The notes under the pieces were generated by a model that had not been told where the DNA came from, ran no database searches, and saw only the letters and a program-made list of their open reading frames with translations. DNA of 64,000 nt from Rhizophagus irregularis (Eukaryota): assembly GCF_026210795.1 (NCBI RefSeq), contig NC_089431.1, positions 620,001 to 684,000 of the forward strand. Direction: 5' to 3'. Made by a program: the position numbers and the translations under genes. Below, in pieces: positions 20,187 through 33,086 of this stretch; positions within the stretch are counted from its first letter, which is position 1, and each line of letters starts with the position of its first letter.

Positions 20187-21003
20187 TTAGTTTATTAGGT
20201 ACGAGCTATAATTCAATTTTTACATAGAGAATATGTGATCACTCCTTTATTTAACATCCGACATGATCATTATTGTATTACGGTACACCTGGCTCCCTAC
20301 CAGTTCCTCGATAGTTCTAGGAGAGTTCCAGGAGCTGGCGAGTTTCTCAAAATCACGAGATGATCATCCGCCTTCCTTAAAATAAAGTCCGATATGCAAA
20401 TACTTTTATTAATATGTTTGAAAATACACATGAACAGAAATCTTTTTTCTGGTGGTAGAGTCTTCAAAATTGCGCAGAAAGAATATGATCAAGTGACCGG
20501 CGATCAAGAAAACTACATACAGTCAATTTTTATGATAATGCAGTTAAAATTCATCTCCTGAAATCATGTTCCACACATTACGGCTAAACAATCTGGGACT
20601 ATTTTTCCGACTTTCCGAATAGTATTATTTGGATTACTGGTATAAAAGAACATGTATTGAGAAATCGAACTGTTTATATAGAGTTTGGGCAAATGCATGG
20701 CGGGCTATTGGCATATGGGCATGAAACATTTTACTCCACGAACTACAATGATTTTTTTACAGCATATATAGATCAACCATTTAATCATGAGCGAGCCACA
20801 AGAAAAAATAATATAACATGAAACTGTCATTTTATCACGCACCACCTTCATTCATGTATACACATACATATGATTAAAATAAAGGTTCACTATATGAACA
20901 AAAACTTTATTAATATTTCGTTCTTACTTTCGGTAAACGCTATTCCAGTGGTCACGTGACAGCGTGAAGAATCTTCACGGAATCACGTGATAAATAATTA
21001 CAT

Positions 21004-22313
21004 TCATGTCATAGAGAAACGGTCTATAATACTTTGAATTTGGGTAGTAGATAGGCTTGAAATAGCATCGGCGCTATATGATTTCACCCGCTTGATCTTG
21101 TTTGTCCCTATCCTTACAAACACCTTATATATATTCCTTGCTTTCTGGGTTTTCTTACGCAAATTTGCTTCTGTAATTCCCGGAAGATGTTGAGAGACTT
21201 CGCGGTATGCTCGACTTCTAGCTGTTGGATCGGTAACTGATGAATCTTGAGATCTAATTTCCCTAACCCTATTTTCGAACCCTTCAGCATATTTATACCA
21301 ACATAAAATTTCATCTTGATTTGCCTTTGTAACGCGTAATCCAGCACGAGTTGCCTTTTGATATAATCGGGCTAAGCTTTGAGATACAGATCCATCAGCA
21401 TCTTCCTCCTCATCAACATTTTCGGCTTTCTCTCCCTTGGCAGGCGTAGATAATTCTTGCAACAGGGCCTGGAATTTTTCTTGTTCACGAGTGATCCTTG
21501 GAGAGGTCTGTCTTCTTGATGAATTTCTTCTTGATTGAGATTCACTTTCTTGCACGTTGGTGTCATCCCCACTTTTTGCATTAGATTGATTCTCAAAGTT
21601 ATCCTGTGTATTAGTGGCGCGGATTTCATCATTAGAATTAGCTTGATTCTCCGGAGTTCTGGAGATATATAAAAGACTAGAGTGAGAACTGCTATTGCAT
21701 AAATGTATGCAAGAATGGCCAGAGGCGCTGTGCATGGATTTTGCTCCGCTTACCTATTATCAACAGAATTAGACTGGTTATCATCATCATCCTCAATCAT
21801 GATTGGACTTGTCGCCTGATCCTTCATAGTGACATGCTTCGACTGTCTCCCCTGACCAGCACGAGAGTCACCTTCTACGAATCCTAGCGAAGCCATGAGC
21901 TCCTCATCATCCTGTTCAGTGCCAGTTTGTTTTGTCTGAAGATGATATTTTCCAGAGGCGAGTACTGCTTCTTCTCTAGTTAATGTAATGATTATCTCAC
22001 ACGAAGGGCATGTAAGAGTAAAAGGATTTGTTTCTGCTTGCAAAATATACTTCTCAAGACATTGGCGGTGGAAAATGTGTTCGCAATCTAACACAACGAA
22101 CGATTGAAATCGATATGTTAAGATTGCTTTTTGGCAAATACTGCAAGGATAGAGTTTCGGAATTCTGCTGGGGATAGTTGAAATCTCTTGATTTCGAAGA
22201 TAATTTAATGCAAGTACTTCGAGTTGGGAAGGCTCAGAAGTATCTGTTTGAATTTCCGAAGTGCTGGTCGAAGGTTCACTGGCTATAGTGGTGCTCGAAG
22301 GTTCACTAGCCAT
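21004..22313 (-). CDS. RING-H2 finger protein with C-terminal helical domain; one intron (21659-21753)
   Basis: CSICQ...CEHIFHRQCL...CPSC is a C3H2C3 RING. A GTAAGC...CCAG 95-nt intron joins DNR to TPEN in frame with ORF 21004-21735. Confidence 0.85.
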
Positions 22314-23150
22314 AGTGTAAAGAGAAAATAAACACTCCTATGCGTTTTCCACACCCGTCTTCTACTTATACAGTTTCCCCCTCGACCTGATTTCTCTTTG
22401 ATCTGCAGGTGAAATAATAGCCCGAAATTAGTGTGAATAGACGCACCTATTATGCTAAGGGTCTGCAGAGATAGTTGCAAAACAAAGAAAATCCCCGATC
22501 TTTGTTGTCAATCCAACTTACTGATCACGAATTAAGATTTTGTCCCTAAATGCCCTGCATTAGTATGAGTACGATCAAACTATCAGATCCTTATCAATTC
22601 ATTCATTACTACTCTGCTATCCATATGCAAAGAGTTAATCAAAGCAAGCTTTTTATTTGCAATACATTGGATAAATTACAAGTTAGCAACTTTGCTTATG
22701 ATACAGTTGAAAGGCGCTGGTCCTAAAGGAACCTGCTTCATACATGATAGTCTATCCTATTCATTGTGTCTATTCTATTTACCACCCAATAACCTGCTAT
22801 ATTCATTGTTTTTCATCCTAACCCCCGTTTCATCGGTCGTGACGCTAACGATAACCTTGAAAGGGAAACTATGTATTAGCTACAAGTTCTGAAGACGCCT
22901 TCTTGCAAATGCTCAGCCTAAACCGAAAGTAAATCTACCCTTAATTGTAATGTCTCACCCGGTGCTTTTCTAAGTAAGATTCGTCTCCACTATTTTCACT
23001 GGCACTTTTTCACACTAAGGTACGTAGTGAATATGCCCGTTCTATTTGCTTATTTACATAATTGCAAGGTTTGTATTTATGGGTTGCGAAATTTTGTTTG
23101 CGGAAAAAAAAAATTCATTGAAGCGAAATAATATATATGCACTTCGCACG

Positions 23151-23188
23151 TCGCACAACCCCTATTCTTCGGCAATAATTCTACCGAT
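23151..23188 (+). repeat. Dispersed ~38-bp motif, copy 1 of 3 (others at 23927-23964 and 27205-27245)
   Basis: tcgcacaacccctattcttcggcaataattctaccgat vs tcgcacagcccctattcttcggcaagaattttaccgat vs tcgcgtacagcccctatatttcggcgagaatttttccgat. Confidence 0.8.
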
Positions 23189-23669
23189 TCTTTCACATGA
23201 TCATTTTGGATTTTATGCTCGACCCATCTAATGCTGTTGCTTATAATCGAAGAGGCTTTAGAATGCTAAATTAAAGATAAGTAAATTTAGAGTATTATAT
23301 TAGCTATGGAATGAAACTTACTAATCGATTCTGGTCTTAGTTCTGTGGACGGAGATTACGAACTTTTGAAGGCTCTAGGATTAATAGATGATGAAGAAGA
23401 CAACGATGATGAGGATGACAATGATGATCGAGACAATTATTGGGACCCTAGCAAAATGTATACCGGATGGGATTATTTAGCCCATTTTGGAGAAGATGCT
23501 TGGAATAACAGAAAAAAATGGATTGCAAAATTATCCTATATTAGAATGCATTAGCTCGACGATCAAAAAAATAACATATATGCACAACCGTCACTGGCTA
23601 TGCAGTGTTAAAAAGTTTTTATTTTGCGATACATTCTATAAATACAAAGTTCGGGTACATGAGACATGA

Positions 23670-23870
23670 TCATGTTTTTCGCGATATTTGTGACGCATGT
23701 AATAAGTTTTTTATTACTACGCTCTCCAACTGCTTCTCTTCCAATTTCGCGACTCTTTCTATAAGCTTAGCATTCCTTGCCTCGAGCTCAGCTTTCTCGA
23801 ACTTGAGCCCAGTTATCTTAGCCATAAGTCTGGCATTTTCTTCTCTAAGTAAGTCAAGCTCGGATTCCAT
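23670..23870 (-). CDS. Short coiled-coil peptide (paralogue of 15008-15196)
   Basis: 66-aa heptad ORF with visible similarity to 15008-15196. Confidence 0.55.
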   Translation of the reverse strand: MESELDLLREENARLMAKITGLKFEKAELEARNAKLIERVAKLEEKQLESVVIKNLLHASQISRKT

Positions 23871-24194
23871 AACACTTTTTATACAAGCGAAAAAAATAAT
23901 GCAAATATATATATGCCAATCTTATGTCGCACAGCCCCTATTCTTCGGCAAGAATTTTACCGATATCTTCTGCGCAATTCCCCTTTTTCATTATATATAC
24001 ATGAAGTAATGCACAGTTACCAATCTCACATAACACATGTTTGTGCATACACTCGATTAAGCATGAAATATAAGCAAACTTTATTATTTTTACAATCAAT
24101 TGTTATACAAGTTTAATATTGTTATTGTGATTAAATATCCCAACCTACACTGCTGAAATAAAACTTTTAAGCAATCGTTTTTTTTGACAAATAT

Positions 24195-24324
24195 TAGGGT
24201 TCCGAATAAAGACATTTCGGTAAATAACTTTTTCAGGTCTTTAGCTTGAGGAAGAGTTAGAGTTCATCTAACAAGAACTTAATAACAGATCATCACGAAA
24301 CATTTCGGTAAAATCGGAACCCTA
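24195..24324. mobile_element. 130-bp hAT-type MITE
   Basis: TIRs TAGGGTTCCGA / TCGGAACCCTA; perfect 8-bp TSD ACAAATAT at 24187-24194 and 24325-24332. Confidence 0.9.
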
Positions 24325-24343
24325 ACAAATATGTTCTAATATT

Positions 24344-25880
24344 TCATTTTCCTCTATTGTAGAAATTTCGCGTTTGTTTTCCTCTATTGTAGAAACTTTG
24401 CGTTTGTTTTCTTCTTTGTACCTAAATAATAACCCGGATTTATCATTCAAACTTAAGTAATCAATTAATGAAAAACTGAATATTATTATTAAAATGGCTT
24501 ACTTGCTTTTCCCAAATGGCGATTTCCTTGTGTTCTCTCATAATCCATCCCTTTGCGATATTCAGTTCTCTTGCATCGTTAAAATATAAGTAAGTAGTCC
24601 CACTTTTCCGATTGATCCAACTGAATAAATTTAAATTGGCGAGCCATTCCACTATCTCTTTATCTTCAATCATAGTATCACTGGTAAACTCAAGGGTTTC
24701 CATATTATATTGATTATCTCCAGTTGCATACACAAAAAACTTATAGCATGTTTCAAGTTGTGTATAGTGTATCTTAGCTTCACCTTTGATGTAACCTGAT
24801 GCCCCTATAGAGAATAGAGGTGCAGAAAGCTTCAATTGATCTGATACACTCACAGGAAACAGATGTTTTGTACAAAGTTTAGTTGGTTCATGCTTATTAA
24901 ATGAATTTAATATACCCTTCCAGAACCAGACTTCGACTTTCCATTTGAAATTGACAGCTTCTAATAATGTTTCAAAATAGTCGCCATCTCCTGCGATTAG
25001 AACTAATGTACCGGGGCTTTCTCTATAAAACGCTTTAGCCATTTTAAGGGTGATAAAATTATCGACACCTTTTTCTTTTCCAATACAATTTCGTTCAAAC
25101 ACTTTAATATCGTATCCTTCTTTATAGATTGAGTCGTCCGGCGAGATCTCGGAACCCACAATGACCGGGATATTCCCTAATTCACGGTTACCCTTAATTC
25201 TTTTAAAAAGTAGTCCATAATCAAAAACGATTTGATTATTATTTAAAAGGTAGTCCAGTGGTTTTTTACGGCATATGTAGTACTCTCCTTGTATTAAAAA
25301 ATTAGAGTTATCTACGAATATATATACACGGTCTAAGGATTTCGTGCCAGCTACATGGAAAAGAAAAGACCTTTATAATTGTGAAAAACAGGTTGCGTTG
25401 ACAAAACTTATTACGACTCACTTACCAGCAACCAGTTGCTCTACGATAACGCGAATGTGTTTTTTTGGGCGGGTTTGATGATAAGAAGCAGGAAAGAAAA
25501 GCACAAGAATAAGTAAGTATTCGGTATTATTGGCGAATATGATAAAGAAAAAAATTACGTTGTATCACACTTAAAAATTTTCGTGACTCACCCGGAGCGT
25601 TAACTGCAACTCGAATGTTGCCTCCCTCAACACCATAAAAAGTTTCTCCAATTGTCTGTGCTGTATCAACTAATTCGTCATTTAACATTTCTTCCACAAC
25701 TCGATTCGTGTTAACTCTCCACAATTTAAACAGGGGAGAAGCAAAACCACATTTTTCTTTAATAACTTCCTTCAGGTCGTCGATGTCATTATCAGCTCCA
25801 ATTAAGATTTTGAATTTAGAACTACTTTGTAAGTCGAAACACCAGAGAGTAATTTGTGTACCAAGAATTGCAACAGGCAT
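24344..25880 (-). CDS. Crinkler (CRN)-like protein: ubiquitin-like N-terminus plus NYN (PIN-fold) ribonuclease domain; spliced
   Basis: ITLWC...IDDLKEVIKEK...LKLWRVN-like segment...IRVAV is the CRN header. Then VYIFVDNSN, EKGVD, LVLIAGDGDY and KVEVWFW give the NYN acidic motifs. The last exon contains a 30-bp duplication. Confidence 0.8.
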
Positions 25881-27559
25881 CGTCGTTTTACAAATATTAC
25901 AAATAGACAAGATAGACTTGTTTGTGATCCTTTTTGTAGGGTTTTTATATAAGTCAATTGTCGCACAGATTTATCTGACTCAGTAGATATCTGTCACACC
26001 AGATTACAAAAATCATGCTCGCATGGGATTTACATATTACATATCAGGTGATAAGCGAGAAGAATATTCACGGTACTTTATTAATACATGCAAGTGATAA
26101 AAAAAATAAATACAAGCGCGAGAGTACACGATAAAGCTTCTATGCTATAATTGCGAACTTGAGTTTATTGCTTGAAGTGAAGCAAGTAAGACAATATTCC
26201 AATTTATCTTGAGAATACAATTTCGCTAATTCAGGTTCATAAGGGAGCTGATTTCCATTTTCACAGTACCATGAGCCATATAATCCATAATTCCCATGTA
26301 CTTTAATAAAATTTTAAAGTTATTAGAATTATAAAGAGGCTCGTTACCAATTTCATTTTTTTTTTCCTGCATAATTATTTTTTATAAATTGAAATTCCTA
26401 TAAAAATAAATATTTTAAAATTTATTTATTATAGAATAACAAAACTGAAGCACATAATACATTTAAATGAATTGGGCCAATTATTAAGTAAAACACATGA
26501 GGAGTAGATATGAAAATAATACCAAATCTTGATAAAATAATTAAATCAAATTAAAATTCTTTTGTAGTTTATAAATATGAAAAATTATATATTTTAGGAC
26601 TTGATGGTAAAATTGGTATAGTTAATCAATGCTTGAATTTTCAATGATATTTGGAATTTTTTTTTCGGTCGCAATTGCGTGAGGAAAATTTCGAATTTTA
26701 TTCCTTAAAAATTCTTAACTGGATCATATTTCGATCAATTTAATTATTTTTGTCCTTTAAGATTGTAAACATATGTTCTATTAAACTTGTTGTATTGGAA
26801 AGAAATAAAAGATGCTAATCTTTTTCTAGAGTGACCCACCTCAAAAATAATAGATTAACCAATTAAAGTTTTAACTAACTTCTTAAAAGAAAAAAAAATT
26901 TCTTATTTAAATATTTATTCAGATAACAAAAACTAAAAATAAATATAAAATAAATAAATTTTAAATATACGGAAATAAAAATTGTTTGTTTGTTTGCAAC
27001 AAATTTTAATTTTCTTAATGTTTAATAGACAAGCTATCCTAAGATTTATTATCTTTTATCATGATATCAGAATTAGATGTTTTGTAAAAAAGGAGATTTT
27101 CATTTAATATTTAATACCTTAATTTAGAAAATAAGAGTCAATTTTAAGTAATTAACTTTTGTATATTTTAGTTTAACCGCAAAAAAACTTGAATGGCTAT
27201 TATTTCGCGTACAGCCCCTATATTTCGGCGAGAATTTTTCCGATATTGCACTGCGCATATCAGGTGATTTGAAACACCTCACATGATCTATTTTTACTTC
27301 GCCGCTAGAGTAGCTCTATAGATAAGAAGAAAGTGACCAAACCACTACTAAATGTTAAGCTCTTTTTATATTCCGATGCACAATTACACCTAAAAGTTAA
27401 GTAATAAAGCTTTATTATTATGCAATTAAATTTACACAACAACAAATATAACATAGATTGTGATTTTGCGATTGAAAAATGTCGACATTGGATTCTAAAT
27501 TTCTAAAAGCATATTACAAATTAAATATACATATGACTAGTAAATCATGACAATCTTGA

Positions 27560-28647
27560 CATTGATGTTAATACTGTACTATCATTATTCCCATTAGCTG
27601 TCATCTAATCTTTATACTTTTTCCAGCTGGCACATTTCTGATATGAAAATATATTAGCCTCAATCTTTCGCTAAACTTTTTTTTATTACGGCCTCTGCTA
27701 ACTATAGTTGTCGGGGAATTCATGTCACAATGAACGAAGTTTCCTCCATGTAATCTGGCTGAGAACACATCTTACAATTTCCCGTAAATCATTCTTCTTT
27801 TCCACATTGAACGTACAAGAGATACCTCGAATTTTCATTTTAACCTTACATATTCCTTGATATTTGATAAAAAAAGGTTTTTCTCGACCTGAACAAGCCC
27901 TGGAAAATCTTTAGCATAATTGTACATTGACTGTAAGAATTGCAAACAAAAATCCAAATTACTTGCGTATGGGAGATTCACTTTTAAGACTTTCTTTTCA
28001 ACCTAATCAGCATAAAAACGTAATAAGTGTCTCAATTTCTGTCACTTCTCGAGGGGTATATCGTATTGGATATTTCGTCATTTATGGTTAACACGATGCG
28101 TGCAATATTTACAACTCTACGGAGAATAGTAATTCGATTCACAAGGTTGCTTGCATTAAGTTCATTGGTAAACGCGGTTAGTTGATTTGGTTGTTTTACA
28201 GCTTCCCTGTATAAAAAAAATGTCCGGAAATTGTAGCTAAAAACATCCGGAAAATGTCCGTGTGTCCGGAAAACGTCCAGAAAATTGCAATATTCCGGAC
28301 ACTTTCTGGACGCTGGGTCTGAACCCTCCTAGACATTTTCTGGACATTTTCCGGAAAATGGAAATTTTCCAACGTCCGGAATATTGCAATATTCCGGACA
28401 TATTCCAGACAAATAAACATTTTCCGGACGTTTTCAGCTACAATTTCCGGACATTCTTTTTTTATAGGGCTTCTTTGGAACCATCAATCGAATTGAATCG
28501 CACACTTGATCCTTCTGCAGCATAGCAAATTATAAATCGAATATTATTAATATCACCTTTGGAACAAATCAAAACTATATTCCCATCTCCAAGGGGAATT
28601 CTAACTTTGAACAGTTTAAGATCCTTTGCCGCTTCGCTACTACTCAT
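27560..28647 (-). pseudogene. Degraded gene, possibly kinase-like, interrupted by a MITE
   Basis: Removing the MITE extends ORF 28462-28647 (...GSKE-AVKQPNQL...). Downstream fragments include RLHGGNFVHCD. Multiple stops and frameshifts. Confidence 0.4.
28205..28469. mobile_element. 265-bp foldback MITE with CCCT..AGGG ends and 3-bp TSD (CACTA/CMC-like)
   Basis: ccctgtataaaaaaaatgtccggaaattgtagct... mirrors ...agctacaatttccggacattctttttttataggg. CTT is duplicated at 28202-28204 and 28470-28472. Many internal TCCGGA subterminal repeats. Confidence 0.9.
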
Positions 28648-30184
28648 ACTGTATCATCCTTGATTGTTTTCTTAAAAATATTTACCCATATTAAATATAT
28701 GTAAGATACTATTCAATTGAGTTTGAGTCATGGTAATCAATTTCATGGCGCGTGTTGTGTATAATTAGCTCAAAAATATAAATACCCTTACCTTTCCCTT
28801 ATACATCGCGTTTTCATGTGAGTAAAGATTTAACTATTTGAGTAAAGATTTATTTATTAGACGCGAAAACTGATTATTTTTCGCGTTTTCGTGTTTCAAA
28901 CCCGTGAGAAAATCTGAAAAATATCTGTTTGCAATATATAATACTCACAAAGTTTGTACAAAATATATATATATATAAAAGAACTTATTTCCCCTTTTCA
29001 TTTTATTAATTCTTTATTTTTTTTATATTATTAAACACGTTTTCGGTACTTTTTCAGTGTTGATATACTTACACTAGTTTAATACGATGAGAAATTCATC
29101 AACGGCATATCAAGAATTACAAGAAAGTGAATCAATTTTTCCTTATCTATTTATCTAGTAAGGTAAGCATGCTAAGCAGGGGAAATTTTAATAAACAAGC
29201 TTACAGACAAATAAAAGACCAAAGGAGAAGAGGTGGAACTGGTTTTCCTGAAGGAAGGTTAGCCTATGCACTCCTACGTTGGTATTGCAAAGAAGGGACT
29301 TTTAGTCCCTTTATCCTTTATTGTGCAAGATCTAGGACAGGATGATAGATCTATTGACACTAATAAAGGACAGAGAATCCTGTTTTCTTGAACACTTTGC
29401 TACCTTCACTTTTCTGGAGGCTTTTTTTTATGTAGTATGGTCCTTTGGTACCAACCATACTAACGATATTTTTTTTAGTTCTTTAGCATTACCAGCTGAA
29501 AGAGCAAGAATATAAGCGGAACAATTTCAGCACCTGTTACTATTTTAAGAACAATTTTTTTTTTAACTGCTGGAACAAAGATTTTGCTACACAAATTTCA
29601 TAATATCTAGTCATTCATTATTAAACAATGAAAAGAATGGATCAGAATCTGGAATTAAGTATTTTGTCTTAATTTCTGTTAGACTAATTGTACAGTAATG
29701 TGTAAGTAGGTTTAAATATTATGATTTACATGAAGTTGTGAAGTTTTTTTTTGTAAAATTAGAATCAATTTCTTTCCTTTCCTTTAATTTACAACGATAA
29801 TTTCCGCATTTTTGTGTGATAAAGTAATCATGTCACATTCGTCACATTCGAAATCAATATTTGTACGTATTAAAATAAATGGATTCCGATGATATTAGCA
29901 TGCGAGTTTACAAGTTTACATATTTATTTACCAGATTGATTAAAAATCTAATAATTATAACTATTTGGGAGATTGAAGACCATTTTATCATTATCACCTT
30001 TTATTTTAACAATAGATTAATTATCTCGTTCCCAACGGTGATCAAAAATATTTTAGCACAGCATATCAACATATGAAAGGGATACCAATATCCTACATCC
30101 AACTAGTAACAGTAATCAAATAGGATTTAAACACGGTCTTATAAAGTAGCATTTTACGGGCATTTTGCTAACTTTTCGATAATA

Positions 30185-31757
30185 TTTATTTATTTATTTA
30201 TTTTATGTCAAGCAAGAAGCTATCGATGTAAAACTACAATGTTTTCGAAGAAAATATAGTACTACAATAGGAAGGCTAACACCCAAACATGAAAAGGTCC
30301 GAGCCCTCACTTGTAACAGAAGAACCACCCTGTTCAATAACACGACCATTAGAGAACAATAATTAAACAACAAAGAATAAAAAGCTACGCTAAAAAATAA
30401 AAAATTAGTATGAAGTAAAATTAAGCTAGATATTCTAATGTTATAAGGGTGGAACTAGTTTCTAAGCGGTAGGTAAATTAGACATAAAATACAGCGCGTT
30501 TGAGAACATGGTGTTGTGAGCGACAAGGCGTCAATGTGGTTATAAAAGGGTCCACTATGTAAAAAATTGGATGATGAAAATAAAATAAACAATAAATCTG
30601 AATGATTCTTATAGTTTCTGAAGTCATGTTGTATATTCAAAGTTACGTCGATCGTTGCGTGTCTGATTATTGTTCGGAGTATCTCGAAGAATGATGTACT
30701 ACGTGATATGTCTTGAAATCATGTTTCATTCTTTCCATTTAATAGCGCGTTTTTTTCAGATATTAAGTTTGATGTCATTAGTAATACAAATTAAATATTT
30801 CTTTTGTTTGTCTATGTGAGCCGAAAATATGGAGAAAAAATCGGTCGTAAGCCTGCGGGGGTATAGGTTCGTTTCTGAAAGCTCATCTAAAGGTAGAAGA
30901 GTATTTAACGGTATCATCAATATTCATTGATAATTTGTCGCAATTTTCTCTGATCAGTTTTATTAGTTTTATAGGTAGTCGGCAAGGAAAAGAAACCTGT
31001 TTTTGATGTCAGTTTTGAACTCTGAGCAAATCCATATAAGTTCGTTAGCATTCCCGCACATAAAGTAGGAAATACGGCCTTTGATGATTTTTTCGTAATT
31101 GCAATTAAGAATATCTAAGGTTGGGATGGTTCCAGTAGAGCATTTAACTTTCCATACTGTATCTTTTGTGAGTAGAACGATCATTATTAATAGCCTTGGG
31201 GTTCGAATGATTTAGGTGTTCACCTATTAGTCTTTTATAATTAACGATCGTGCCTATGCATTTGTGAATGTCACGATCGATCGGGATTTGGTTGTTCCAC
31301 ATAAGAGTAGCGACTCGATTTGGCAGATGGTTGTGTAAGATTTTTGTAGGAATTGCATGTAGGTGTCCAATTTTTGTTTGTTGATCGGCTATATTGTTGA
31401 AAGCGTCTCCTGAATGTGCTTTAATCTTTTTGAAGGAAATCTTCAATTTAAGCTCACGTATAATATAATGGATAGATGTCCAAAGGATGTTGTTGTTAAT
31501 TTTGCTATAGCGTCTAGGAGATATAGAGGATAAGTAGATAGATTTGTGGAACGAATCTATGACAGCTTGTGAATCCGTATGGATAGTGATTTGTTCATTG
31601 ACTGGAGAAACGAGTAAAGCTGTGAGAATGGCCATGGTTTCTGCTTTGGTGGATGATGGGAAATATTCTAGAGAACCGTTGTGGTAATGTTGATGTTATC
31701 ATAACCCATGTAGTATTCTTTAGACTCGACTTCAGATTTATAAGAACCGTCAGTGTT
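30185..31757 (-). mobile_element. 5'-truncated non-LTR retrotransposon (LINE) carrying an RNase H domain
   Basis: 16-bp TSD TAACTTTTCGATAATA at 30169-30184 and 31758-31773; (TAAA)n 3' tail at 30185-30205. RNase H motifs TDGS, KAETMAILTAL, IHTDSQ and KIKAHSGDAFNNIAD. Confidence 0.92.
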
Positions 31758-33038
31758 TAACTTTTCGATAATAGGTAATGATCACATGGAATATTTGCTA
31801 TCACGTGACCACCGAAAATTCACATTCCAACAGCCACGTGATAGTGATTTTTTATGATGCTAGGCGAATTGGAACGCAACAAGGATAAATAGTAAAATGA
31901 TTTGCGTTTTCCATGGCCTTTGTAATGAGTAGTGAAAGTGATAATGATTTTAAGTTGTTAAAGAATATACATGAAATTATTAAAAATTTATAAAAAAAGT
32001 GCTTTTTCTTAAAAAATAAAAATCACCACATATTTAAATAGATGAAAATCATATTAATTTTAATGTTAAAATTGTGGATTATTTAAACCTCATACAGGAA
32101 TTACGGTATATATTATAATTAATCGTGGAAACATTTTTCCTTGGATTTTTTCCATGAATAATTTAGTTTCATGTTCTAAAATAATTAAAAATTTTCATCA
32201 TTCAGAAAATTGAAGCTTTAAATGCAGTAGTGACAAATGCATAATGGACCGATCTAAACTCGGTTAGGATTATATGGTAAATAACTCCTGTAAATTATAT
32301 ATTATGTTTTTTTTCACACAATGAAATGAGCTTAATCATTTTTTAGATAAGGTCAGAAACACCAATACCTATTTAAATCGACAATCAGCTTATAATTCGT
32401 TTGAATTTTCTATATTCGGAGTTTTTTTTTTTTTGCACAATTAACGTCTGTTTGGAATAGATGTTAAAAACTTAAAAGTGCTTTTTATTTTTATATATAA
32501 TATCGTTAATTAGCATTCTTTTGGAGTATAAAAAATCACTTCTTAATATGTGAAATTTTTTTTGGTGCAAAAATTTTTTTTAAAAAAGTTTTTGAAAGAA
32601 AAAAAAAACAAATTTGTGAGAAAAATTTCTTTTTCTTATGTAAATGTTGAAATATGTAAGGGGAAATTTTTTTTTTCAGAAGAATGTTGAACAACCCTAA
32701 AAAAGGTATGCAAGCCATTAAAAAATATGTTTTTTTATTTCTTGAAAATTGCTGCGCCACCAATAAAAAATTTTTATCCGAATATTTCCATTATTTCTCC
32801 ATGGCTTTTCGTAAAAGTTCCGTGAAAATGATACGTTCACGGTCCGAAAGGAGAGACGTTAGAGATAGAAATCTAATCGTAACACGTATGTTTCATAGTC
32901 ATGATAACAGTGTTAGAGAGATGAAAATTTCCATGATTTAAGGCCAAAAATTCCATGAAAATGATACATTCACAGGAAAAAACATGGAAATATCACCATT
33001 TTTACAGGGTAGGGCGTCTACTAATTACGACGAGATAA

Positions 33039-33086
33039 TTATTGGATGGGTAAAAATATCGGCCGAAGACCGATCCCATCCAATAA
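33039..33086. repeat. Mini-hairpin element, related inverted copy at 36964-37025
   Basis: TTATTGGATGGG...ATCGG-N-CCGAT...CCCATCCAATAA; the second copy has the same arms and inner hairpin. Confidence 0.65.

Noticed and set aside
28196..28525. ORFs 28196-28420 and 28262-28525; possible CRISPR-like repeat array
   Set aside because: They are translations of MITE subterminal repeats. The units are irregular, inverted and lack unique spacers.
32536..32941. Short Lys/Phe-rich ORFs
   Set aside because: Products of A/T homopolymer-rich non-coding DNA; no domain signal.
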